From the NCBI GenBank assembly GCA_944320495.1, contig CALUHR010000005.1, positions 160,001-224,000 of the forward strand: 64,000 bases of DNA, read 5' to 3'. Source of the DNA: Candidatus Methanomethylophilaceae archaeon. GTDB taxonomy: Archaea; Thermoplasmatota; Thermoplasmata; Methanomassiliicoccales; Methanomethylophilaceae. Each line of letters starts with the position of its first letter. Position 1 is the stretch's first letter. Below, one piece after another: positions 1 through 8,094 of this stretch. The notes under the pieces were generated by a model, which saw nothing but the letters and a program-made list of their open reading frames with translations, was not told the origin of the DNA and did no database searches. The translations under genes were made by a program, and so were the position numbers.

Positions 1-1
1 C

Positions 2-805
2 ATCGACGACATAGAGTTTTCTGGATACCTTCACGGGGACGGCGATTTCAGATCCGAGGAGGTATGCAGACTCAGAGATGAGGCCGACATAATCATAACC
101 AATCCCCCGTTTTCGTTGTTCAAGGAATTCCTGGCATGGATAATGGAAGCTGACAAGAATTTCGTAATTCTCGGAAACATGAACGCGATACCTTACAAGG
201 AGGTCTTCCCCTATCTGAAAAACAACCAGATATGGCTCGGATACAAGTCACTCAATCAGGAGATGTATTTCGAGATTAACGATGAATACCGTAAGTGGCT
301 GTTGGAGAACAAGAAGGAAGGCTCAGCCTATAAGATAGTTGATGGTAGAGTTATGGGTAGGCTGGCCTCGGCTTGCTGGTTCACCAATCTAGATCATGGA
401 AAACGCCATGAGAAGTTAATTCTCGACACGATGGAGCACAATCTGAAGTTTAACAAGAGACTTCGCAGCGAGTTGGAAAAACACTACGGCGAGATAAAGT
501 ACCCGAAGTATGACAACTATGATGCCATCGAAGTTCCATTCGTCGAGTGCATACCATCCGATTATGATGGAGTAATGGGCGTTCCCATTACATTCTTGGA
601 CAAATATTGCCCGGAACAGTTTGAAATCATCTGGCAAGCAAGCGGAAACGCCTATGCCAATGCTCCCAAAGAAATCATGGAGGAGCTGAAATTTGATCCG
701 TCTGTGAAGTATGGCGGAGGCCTTGGAACGGGCGTGATTAACGGGAAGGCAAAATACAGTCGCATACTGATTCGGACCAGGAGGGATGAGGGGGCGATTG
801 AATGA
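2..805 (+). CDS. EcoRI-family adenine-specific DNA methyltransferase (5' partial)
   Basis: Frame is open from the window edge: GDGDFRSEE...DIIITNPPFSLFKEF (NPPF catalytic motif), ILGNMNAI, YPKYDNYDAIEV, GVMGVPITFLDKYCPEQF, all typical of this family. Confidence 0.9.
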   Translation: MDDIEFSGYLHGDGDFRSEEVCRLRDEADIIITNPPFSLFKEFLAWIMEADKNFVILGNMNAIPYKEVFPYLKNNQIWLGYKSLNQEMYFEINDEYRKWLLENKKEGSAYKIVDGRVMGRLASACWFTNLDHGKRHEKLILDTMEHNLKFNKRLRSELEKHYGEIKYPKYDNYDAIEVPFVECIPSDYDGVMGVPITFLDKYCPEQFEIIWQASGNAYANAPKEIMEELKFDPSVKYGGGLGTGVINGKAKYSRILIRTRRDEGAIE

Positions 806-1968
806 AGACTACACTGCATACCGATTGGACCGTCGGGGACGTCTGTGAGGGATTCATCTTCGACAGGAATGAGAACAAGGGGCTGTTCGGACTGGATGGC
901 AAGCTCATCATCCAGCCGGAATACCAGAGGAACTACATCTACGGCGACGGCAAGAGGGACGTCGCTGTCGTGGACTCCCTCCTCAAGGGGTACCCCCTGG
1001 GCCTGATATACTTCGTGAAGAACTCGGACGGGATATACGAGGTCCTTGATGGACAGCAGCGCATAACTTCATTCGCCAGGTTCGTCAACAAGTCATGGCC
1101 CTTCGCTGTCATCCGCAACGGGAAGCCGAGGTACTTCGACAGCTTGGACGACGACGAACGCGAACGCATCGTGGATGCCAGGCTGACGATCTATGTATGC
1201 GAGGGAGAGCCGTCCGAGATCCAGGAGTGGTTCGAGACCATAAACATCGCAGGGGTCCCGCTCGTCAAGCAGGAGTTACGCAACGCATCCTACCACGGTC
1301 CGTTCGTATCGCTGGCTCGTGCCGAGTTCTCCAACACATCCAATTCCAATATGACCCGCTGGCAGACCTACGTAAAAGGGGATCCCAAACGCCAGGCGAT
1401 TCTGGAAACGGCCCTCGATTGGGTCAGTGACGGAAACATCGACGATTACATGGCCAAGCACCGTTACGACACCGACATCAGGGAGCTGAAGGGCCATTTC
1501 GAGACCGTAGTCGACTGGGTGGATTCAATCTTCGACTATACTGGCAAGGAAATGTGCGGACGCGAGTGGGGCCGTCTGTACAGACAGTACCACTCGAATT
1601 CCTATTCCAAGTCCGAGGTAACAGCCGAGGTGGACAGACTCATGGATGATTCCCAGGTGCAGGACAAGAAGGGGATTTTCGAGTACATCCTCGGCGGTCA
1701 GAAGGAGACGAGTCTGCTCAACATACGCGTCTTCGACGAGAAGACGAAGAAAGCCGTCTATGCCACCCAGACGAAGGATGCGATGGCATCGGGCAAATCG
1801 AACTGCCCACTTTGTGCCTTGGGTCGTGGCAACAACTCCACGCGCATCTACAAGATGGGGGAGATGGATGCGGACCATGTGACGGCATGGAGCAGGGGCG
1901 GATCCACGGACATATCTAACTGCCAGATGCTCTGCAAAACCCACAACCAGGCAAAGGGAAACAGATGA
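802..1968 (+). CDS. DUF262 (GmrSD/ParB-like) plus C-terminal HNH endonuclease
   Basis: QPEYQRNYIY and VLDGQQRITS (DUF262); CPLC...DADHVTAWSRGGSTDISNCQMLCKTHN (HNH). ATGA overlap with the methylase. Confidence 0.9.
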   Translation: MKTTLHTDWTVGDVCEGFIFDRNENKGLFGLDGKLIIQPEYQRNYIYGDGKRDVAVVDSLLKGYPLGLIYFVKNSDGIYEVLDGQQRITSFARFVNKSWPFAVIRNGKPRYFDSLDDDERERIVDARLTIYVCEGEPSEIQEWFETINIAGVPLVKQELRNASYHGPFVSLARAEFSNTSNSNMTRWQTYVKGDPKRQAILETALDWVSDGNIDDYMAKHRYDTDIRELKGHFETVVDWVDSIFDYTGKEMCGREWGRLYRQYHSNSYSKSEVTAEVDRLMDDSQVQDKKGIFEYILGGQKETSLLNIRVFDEKTKKAVYATQTKDAMASGKSNCPLCALGRGNNSTRIYKMGEMDADHVTAWSRGGSTDISNCQMLCKTHNQAKGNR

Positions 1969-2055
1969 CTATGCGGACGAAAGGGCTCTGAACCAGAAAT
2001 GATCGGATCCCGGTGGCAATCGCACTTATCACCTCGAACCTCCGATGCACCCCGC

Positions 2056-2362
2056 ATGGAATTCGAAGAGGCGAAGGACAGACTCTACGCCGTGTTCCCG
2101 AGGCTCGTCATCGAGGACGGGCTGTCCGTGTACGAGGGCATGGCCTACGGGCTGGTGAGGGGGATCGGGATGAAGCCCGTCGAGGCGGCCGCGGTGATGT
2201 CGCGGCTCACGGGGAAGGACGTGACCAACCACGCCGTCTCCAAGTACGTCCAGAAGGCGAGGGAGAAGTACAGGGATGCGCCGCGGGCCGATGCCCCGCG
2301 AGATCGTCATGGGGTTCGAGGGCATCGAGGAACTGCAAGCATTGTCCGGATTTTCGGGATAA
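2056..2362 (+). pseudogene. Small HTH-like protein, probably frameshifted near 2280-2300
   Basis: MEFEEAKDRL...VEAAAVMSRLTGKDVTNHAVSKYVQKAREK looks like an HTH. A short duplication (gatgcgccgcg/gatgccccgcg) shifts away from a plausible tail PREIVMGFEGIEELQALSGFSG-TAA. Confidence 0.4.
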
Positions 2363-2635
2363 TGCGGTGGGTCCTCCCGATCTACTATTTCAATCTTGGC
2401 CGATTGTACCGACGGATTGTGACAATCGGCTACCACAATCCCCTGCCCATCCCGAAATGTTCTAAAAATGAACATTTCACGAAATGTTTTTTTCTTGAAC
2501 ATTTGGGGAAAGGCATCGGAATCCGCACATCGGGCCATATTTCAACCCGGGTTTGTTGACATTTTATTCAACAAACATTTTTTGTTGAGAAATCTGACAA
2601 CGAATCATCAGCGAAATCTCACGATTTCCAGAGAT

Positions 2636-3313
2636 TCATAGCGAATCGACCCACTCAGCCAGCTCCTCCGCGTACATCCTCAGGTCCCCCTCCGGGTCCC
2701 CGTCCCTCATGACGATGCAGCGGAACTCCCCCGCGGGTCCGGGGAACTCCCCGATGTACACCCTTAAGATACCCCTCAGGTCACCATCCAGGACGCCTTC
2801 CCTCTCAAGGGTGTCCAAGCACCCGTCGTACGCCTTCGTCCCTCTCAGGCCGTTCCTAGACGCCCACACGGCCCTTCCCCTGCCGAGCACGGGGATGCGG
2901 ATGTCCGGGAACCCCAATCCCTCCTCAGAATCCTCGGCGATGTCCCTCAGCATCCTTACCATCGAATCCCGGGGGACGTCCGAGAACAGGTCGGGGACGC
3001 CCACGGCGACCCAGTCCCCCATGCGGACACATCTGGGGTTCGGGTTCCACGACAGGACGTAGAACGCCCTCATGTCGATCCCGAGTTCATCCCCGATCCC
3101 GGCGGCGATGCCCGCCAGCTCCGCATCCGATATGCGCCCGTGCATCCTCGGAGGGAGCGGACACGTCCCGCATACGCGGGCTATATCATCCTCGGAGATC
3201 GGGAACGGCATCAGACGGGGAAGATCCTCCCTCTGTGCGCCTGCGGAGATCAGCATCTCCAAGGCATCGATCCTGTCCTTTTTGTTCCCCCAATCATACG
3301 TGCGGTTGTCCAT
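2636..3313 (-). CDS. Hypothetical protein
   Basis: Protein-like composition from MDNRTYDWG; downstream of and co-oriented with the MNT-HEPN pair. Confidence 0.6.
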   Translation of the reverse strand: MDNRTYDWGNKKDRIDALEMLISAGAQREDLPRLMPFPISEDDIARVCGTCPLPPRMHGRISDAELAGIAAGIGDELGIDMRAFYVLSWNPNPRCVRMGDWVAVGVPDLFSDVPRDSMVRMLRDIAEDSEEGLGFPDIRIPVLGRGRAVWASRNGLRGTKAYDGCLDTLEREGVLDGDLRGILRVYIGEFPGPAGEFRCIVMRDGDPEGDLRMYAEELAEWVDSL

Positions 3314-3363
3314 GGGGACGTCCGGATGGGACGGGGGTTTATAGAATCGCCAGAACCAAAATA

Positions 3364-3798
3364 TCAGAAAGCTCGTCTGCGACGGAACAGACCTCTCACG
3401 CTCTTGGAGGCCGTCACCCTGTGGTCGATTCCGTTGAGCAGTTCGATGGCGGTCGATTCTATCATGGGCAGTTCGTTGACCATGAAGTTCCATACAAGTT
3501 CGGGCTTGGTGCGCTCGTACTGATGGATGAAGAAGACTCTCATCTTCTTCACACCCTTCATGACATCCGTGAAATGCTGTCTGTAAATGGCGGGATAATG
3601 CTCCTCGATCCTGTTGACGCACTGTATGATCTGATTGATCTTCGAGTAGCAGCAGTCTTGGAACATCATGGACTCGACGAAATCCTCTCTCGAATGCCCG
3701 AAGTAGTTCATGTATGAATCCACACCCGAGCAGTATTCGACGATCCAGTGGAGGTTGTCCTCCAAGTCGGTCAAGTCAATCTCGTCACGTCCTCTCAT
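3364..3798 (-). CDS. hepT: HepT-like HEPN ribonuclease toxin (DUF86)
   Basis: R-X4-H-X-Y motif (MRVFFIHQY) followed by LVWNFMVNELP; overlaps the upstream MNT gene. Confidence 0.85.
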   Translation of the reverse strand: MRGRDEIDLTDLEDNLHWIVEYCSGVDSYMNYFGHSREDFVESMMFQDCCYSKINQIIQCVNRIEEHYPAIYRQHFTDVMKGVKKMRVFFIHQYERTKPELVWNFMVNELPMIESTAIELLNGIDHRVTASKSVRGLFRRRRAF

Positions 3799-4096
3799 AG
3801 ATCAACCTCAGATCACCGGATATGCGGTTCCTGAACCTATCGCCCATGTAGTCCTCGAACGCCAGGTCGACATCCCTTCCGAGGGCATCCTCGAGATCCT
3901 CCCTGTACGCCTCGACATCCAGGATGGACGCGTCATCCGTGGTCAGGATGCAGAAGTCATAGTCGCTGTCACGACGATTGTCGCCGCGTGAACGGGACCC
4001 GAAGATGGAGACGCGGATGATGGACTGGTGTCTCTCAGTGACCGACGACACCACTTGCCTGACATGTTCCAGGCTGTCCTTGCGTCTCCAGAACAT
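3785..4096 (-). CDS. mntA: MntA-like minimal nucleotidyltransferase antitoxin
   Basis: GS-X10-DXD motif (FGSRSRGDNRRDSDYD), LGRDVDL, 103 aa, directly upstream of HEPN. Confidence 0.9.
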   Translation of the reverse strand: MFWRRKDSLEHVRQVVSSVTERHQSIIRVSIFGSRSRGDNRRDSDYDFCILTTDDASILDVEAYREDLEDALGRDVDLAFEDYMGDRFRNRISGDLRLIYERT

Positions 4097-4259
4097 GATA
4101 CGACATCGTCCCCTCGATAGATAATCGTTCTGGGACCACGTCGCGTGTCGCTTCCCGAACCCCAACCGATGCCCCCTAGCCCAATCCCTTGCCGACGTCC
4201 CGAACCGATTGCCGTCGGGGTTGCGAAGCGGTTTATCCCACCCCGCTCTCCACCGTCCC

Positions 4260-4355
4260 ATGACCTGTCCGTTCTGCCACTGCGACATCCCCGACTTCTG
4301 TCCGTTCTCCCTCTGTCCCACCTGCGGACAGCCCATCGAATCGCGCCAAGCATGA
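4260..4355 (+). CDS. 31-aa CPxCG-type zinc-finger microprotein
   Basis: Manual translation MTCPFCHCDIPDFCPFSLCPTCGQPIESRQA*. TTTATC lies about 25 nt upstream. Below the ORF-track cutoff. Confidence 0.6.
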   Translation: MTCPFCHCDIPDFCPFSLCPTCGQPIESRQA

Positions 4356-4411
4356 ATGGTTCGATTCATCCTTTTTGTGGATGAGTATGCCCATGAGGCA
4401 TTTGTCATCGG

Positions 4412-5599
4412 ATGTATTCTAATCCTCGAGGATTATACAGGATTGTGAGAATCCTACATAGAAAATCAAAGGATGACAGACTGACAGAATATCATCCGGA
4501 CACTTGGGAAGATATCAAAATCAATGGACTGCCACCTGGCGGCGTTCCGGGATATGTCGGACCATTTACCGCGAACATCGTTTTCAGAGGCAAGAGGTAC
4601 AAGATACCAGTAGGAATCGACGGATGTGTTCTGGCTGAGGATCTTGTGCGTAGATTCTACAAAATGGACGGCAAGAACAGAGACACTTCCAGAGACAAGG
4701 CGAGAGATGCTGAGAGGATTCTCAAAGGATACAATGGACTTAGGCCCGAGGATATTATCGAATGGTGGGCGGATCCCTCCAGTTGCGATATACTCGGAAT
4801 AGACGATAGCAAGCACTGGATAATCGCAAATGAGTATTATGACGATCCAGAACGCGCCGAAGTCAACGAATGGTTCTACATTTCGCCAAATTTCACTGAA
4901 TCTGAGAAGACAACCATTCGTGAAGCCCTCAACTCCTCATTCTCCCTCGATGAACTGAAGATGGTTGTTTCGGACGGAACTGTGAACATAGTTCCGGCCT
5001 TCACGATTGAACACGGTGCGGCTGGTGCGTTCAGCCCTATCAACAATGAAATCACGCTGAGGGTTGCGAAACGTAACGCAAAGAATCCTGAGGATACGCG
5101 CAACATCATCGATAAGAAGACTGTCATACACGAGGTTGTTCACGCCCTCAAATACCATGAGATTCGGCGCAAGCATCCGGTGACGAGAAGTCATTTTGAC
5201 GATTATTACTCACATCTCGACGATAACCTGGCAGAGGCGCATCGTTTCCAAGATTTGGAAGAATCCGAGACGGAACTTGAATCCATAAGCCGTCTGACAC
5301 CGTATAGTACGCCCTCGAATCCCGGGTATTATGCCCATCTTCCAGAATCGAGAGTTTATACAGACGATCCCCAGCAACGGTTCAGGGTTGCCAAGGATCT
5401 TATGATGGATGACAGGGACAAGATCGACAAAAAGAAGACACTGATCGGTCAAACCGGTAAAACTCTTTTGAACAGAATCGAACGCAAATACGAAAACACT
5501 CATATTTCCAGGTTGCAATACTTTGGTGACACCCCTGCCATTGAGACGGCCAGGAGAGTCAAGAAAAATGAAAAGGAGGAATCGAGACGGAAGAAATAA
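4412..5599 (+). CDS. Putative zincin-type metallopeptidase (HEXXH)
   Basis: AAGAFSPINNEITL...KKTVIHEVVHALK; AT-richer than flanks. Confidence 0.65.
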   Translation: MYSNPRGLYRIVRILHRKSKDDRLTEYHPDTWEDIKINGLPPGGVPGYVGPFTANIVFRGKRYKIPVGIDGCVLAEDLVRRFYKMDGKNRDTSRDKARDAERILKGYNGLRPEDIIEWWADPSSCDILGIDDSKHWIIANEYYDDPERAEVNEWFYISPNFTESEKTTIREALNSSFSLDELKMVVSDGTVNIVPAFTIEHGAAGAFSPINNEITLRVAKRNAKNPEDTRNIIDKKTVIHEVVHALKYHEIRRKHPVTRSHFDDYYSHLDDNLAEAHRFQDLEESETELESISRLTPYSTPSNPGYYAHLPESRVYTDDPQQRFRVAKDLMMDDRDKIDKKKTLIGQTGKTLLNRIERKYENTHISRLQYFGDTPAIETARRVKKNEKEESRRKK

Positions 5600-5631
5600 C
5601 CTACATCGAGGGGTACGAAATCGATGCCCCC

Positions 5632-5889
5632 TTGGAGAACATGGTCCGCTATTACATGGACCTCGGCATGGATGTCCGCGAGGCAATTGCGGCCGCATAC
5701 GGCGTCAGACGCCCCGCTGTACTTGCGAGGATGCTCCGCATCTCCGAGAATGAGGCGTCTGGGGTCATAGACGCCACCTTCCGCAAGTTGGATGCCGTCG
5801 AATCGGATCTCGGCACCCCTAAGGATACGACGGGGTGTCTCGTCTACCCATCCTTCGGGGCACGATGTCCGCAGATCCACCATTCCTAG
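5632..5889 (+). CDS. Small hypothetical, possibly HTH, protein
   Basis: PAVLARMLRISENEASGVIDATFRKL resembles an HTH. Start is uncertain and may lie upstream near the AGGAGG at 5574. Confidence 0.5.
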   Translation: MENMVRYYMDLGMDVREAIAAAYGVRRPAVLARMLRISENEASGVIDATFRKLDAVESDLGTPKDTTGCLVYPSFGARCPQIHHS

Positions 5890-5952
5890 ATGGTATCCGA
5901 ATAGGCCGTTTCCCACGAAAGGTATAAATGCAACCGAAATCCCTTTTATATC

Positions 5953-6138
5953 ATGGACAGGAACACCGAGTGTCTGGACATATCCGGGGCCAAGGCGTCC
6001 GAGATCGTATCGATTGTGTCCACCGACGCGGGAATCCGCGTCACCCTCCGCGACGGCACCACCGGCATGGTCGGCGGCGGCATCGCCGAGTTCTACACCC
6101 TGAGGGACAGGTGCCCCTGGGCCGTCGCCGCGATGTGA
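5953..6138 (+). CDS. Small hypothetical protein
   Basis: 61-aa ORF with TATAAA about 28 nt upstream (leaderless spacing). Confidence 0.5.
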   Translation: MDRNTECLDISGAKASEIVSIVSTDAGIRVTLRDGTTGMVGGGIAEFYTLRDRCPWAVAAM

Positions 6139-6189
6139 TGTGGAATCGGGAAAATGTGCGTGCTAACCGGGTTCCCCCGGCATGACACG

Positions 6190-6549
6190 CTACAATCGGA
6201 CATGATCTGGCCGATATATGGCGGTTTGCAGCCATCGAACCCTGTATGCCACGTATCCCGACTCCATTATCTCGTGGACGAACGAGGCGGGATCGCCCTT
6301 CGCCCTCTCGAACTCCTCGGGCGTCACCACCAGGACGTCCGTGTCCACGCGGAGTCTGCTCAGGGAGATGATGAGGGGTATGCGGCGGGAGATCCTGTCC
6401 CCCTCCGCATCCATGACCACGAGGATGTCGATGTCGCTGCCGTCCTCAGCCGTTCCCGAGGCGGCGGAACCGAAGATTACGACCTTCTGCGGATGGAACT
6501 CCGTGACGATCAGTTCGACGGCGTCGTCCACGAGACTGTAATCGAACAT
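6190..6549 (-). CDS. Stand-alone minimal nucleotidyltransferase (MNT)
   Basis: HPQKVVIFGSAASGTAEDGSDIDILVV and DTDVLVVTPEEF; no adjacent HEPN partner. Confidence 0.85.
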   Translation of the reverse strand: MFDYSLVDDAVELIVTEFHPQKVVIFGSAASGTAEDGSDIDILVVMDAEGDRISRRIPLIISLSRLRVDTDVLVVTPEEFERAKGDPASFVHEIMESGYVAYRVRWLQTAIYRPDHVRL

Positions 6550-6683
6550 CGGATTCCCCCTTCCCCTGACCGGCACACATTCCGAATCGGCCGGCGATAC
6601 TGGATGCGATCCCGGTGATTTAAGGGAGACATCGAAGACCTCCGTAGGTAACCCATATTACCGCATCCCGCATCCCCCTTCCC

Positions 6684-8009
6684 ATGAGGTTCTACGGCCG
6701 CGTATCGGAGATCGGCGTCATCCGCTCGCGCACCGACGACGGTCGCGGCGGATGCCGCATCACCGTCGTCACGTCCCCGAGACGCCACGGCCTCACAACC
6801 ACCGTCCTGAAGGCTATGGAGGACAGACACCACGTCTTCCTCCCCGTCACCCGCCAGTCGGACCCCGTCCTCGGCATGGACATGATGCGTCTCGCATCGG
6901 GGCAGGGATTCGAACTCCCCCCGTGCCGTTCCCTCCCGGACGTCCTCCGCGGCCTCATGCGGCTATCCCGGAAGGAACACCTCATCGCCGTCATCGACGA
7001 CATCGACGAGTCCTACTCCCAGTCCCCCGCCGTCCTCTCCGCCCTCGGAGAGGTTTGGAGGGATGAGGCGGCATCCTCGAACCTCGATCTCGTCGTCACC
7101 GGCCACACGGAATGGGTCCTCAGGGAGCTTTTCTCCGAGGAGGGGCCGATGGCCCACCCCGACACCGAATTCGTCCCCATCGGCCCGCTTTCCCTCAAAG
7201 AAATCAAAGCAATCCTCCATGACCACAACCCGGACTACCGTCCCGGAGACCTGATCGCCCTCTACGCCGTCGCGGGCGGCTCCCCCGCCCGCATCGGACT
7301 CCTCATGGACGGGGGATGCACCACAGAGGACTCCATCATCGGATCCGTCTCCGACCCTTCGTCCCCTCTGATCGCGGACATCCGCCTCACCATGGCCGAG
7401 ACCCTCGGCTACCGCTCCCGCGCCTACCGCACGATCCTCCGCTGCATCGCGCGGGGCGTCGACCGCAAGACGGAGATCGAGATGCACACGGGGATCCCGT
7501 CCGGGAAGTACCTGAGCCAGCTGGAGCTGGACTACGGGCTGATCCGCCCCGAGAGGTCCGTGTTCAGCCGCTTCGAGTTCGTCCGCTTCTCCATACCCGA
7601 CCCGTCGGTGCTGTTCCACTTCGCCGTCGTCGAACCCGTCGAGTGGAGGATCGCCATGGGCGACAGGGGCGCCCTGGCCGAGTCCGTCAAGGGGAACATC
7701 CAATCCTGCCTGGACAAGTCTCTGGTGTCCCTCCTGAGGATGGACATGGCCGAGCGGAACCCCGGATGCAGGGTCGGCGGGATGTGGAGCAGGGACGAGG
7801 ACACCGCCGCGGACGTCGTCGTGAGGGACGACGGGAACATGACGGGGAGGTTCTACTCCGTCGTCTCCCCTAAGGAGGAGCTGGAGGGGTCCGTGGAACG
7901 CCTCTCGAGGTTCTACGAGGGATACAGCGTGTCCTTCGGGACACTGGGGCCGGAGGATCTGCTCCATCCCGAGGACGACGTTCGTCGATGGTTTGAACTT
8001 GTGAAGTAA
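6684..8009 (+). CDS. Archaeal ATPase/DUF234-family protein with degenerate catalytic motifs
   Basis: MRFYGRVSEI start, YAVAGGSP, wHTH region, IPDPSVLFHF. Walker A reads SPRRHGLTT (Lys absent). Confidence 0.75.
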   Translation: MRFYGRVSEIGVIRSRTDDGRGGCRITVVTSPRRHGLTTTVLKAMEDRHHVFLPVTRQSDPVLGMDMMRLASGQGFELPPCRSLPDVLRGLMRLSRKEHLIAVIDDIDESYSQSPAVLSALGEVWRDEAASSNLDLVVTGHTEWVLRELFSEEGPMAHPDTEFVPIGPLSLKEIKAILHDHNPDYRPGDLIALYAVAGGSPARIGLLMDGGCTTEDSIIGSVSDPSSPLIADIRLTMAETLGYRSRAYRTILRCIARGVDRKTEIEMHTGIPSGKYLSQLELDYGLIRPERSVFSRFEFVRFSIPDPSVLFHFAVVEPVEWRIAMGDRGALAESVKGNIQSCLDKSLVSLLRMDMAERNPGCRVGGMWSRDEDTAADVVVRDDGNMTGRFYSVVSPKEELEGSVERLSRFYEGYSVSFGTLGPEDLLHPEDDVRRWFELVK

Positions 8010-8028
8010 CGATACGTCCCACCAGTGC

Positions 8029-8094
8029 GATTGCACGCGGGGGGGGGGGTCCGCTGTCTTCGGCTGTCCTCCCCGTCCTCCGTTCGGAGGGAAA
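8029..8094 (+). promoter_or_regulatory. Poly-G (G11) leader with SD-sequestering hairpin, copy 1
   Basis: GATTGCACGC-G11(8039-8049)-TCCGCTGTCTTCGGCTGTCCTCCCCGT-CCTCC gttc GGAGG-gaaa-ATG; near-identical to 10874-10941. Confidence 0.75.

Noticed and set aside
1999-2559. 186-aa ORF as one protein
   Set aside because: The C-terminal half runs through GC-skewed then AT-rich palindromic non-coding-like sequence; only the N-terminal HTH part is credible.
5887-5953. Amber read-through fusing 5632-5889 to 5953-6138 (same frame, two TAGs)
   Set aside because: The intervening sequence is AT-rich and contains a TATA box correctly placed for the second gene.
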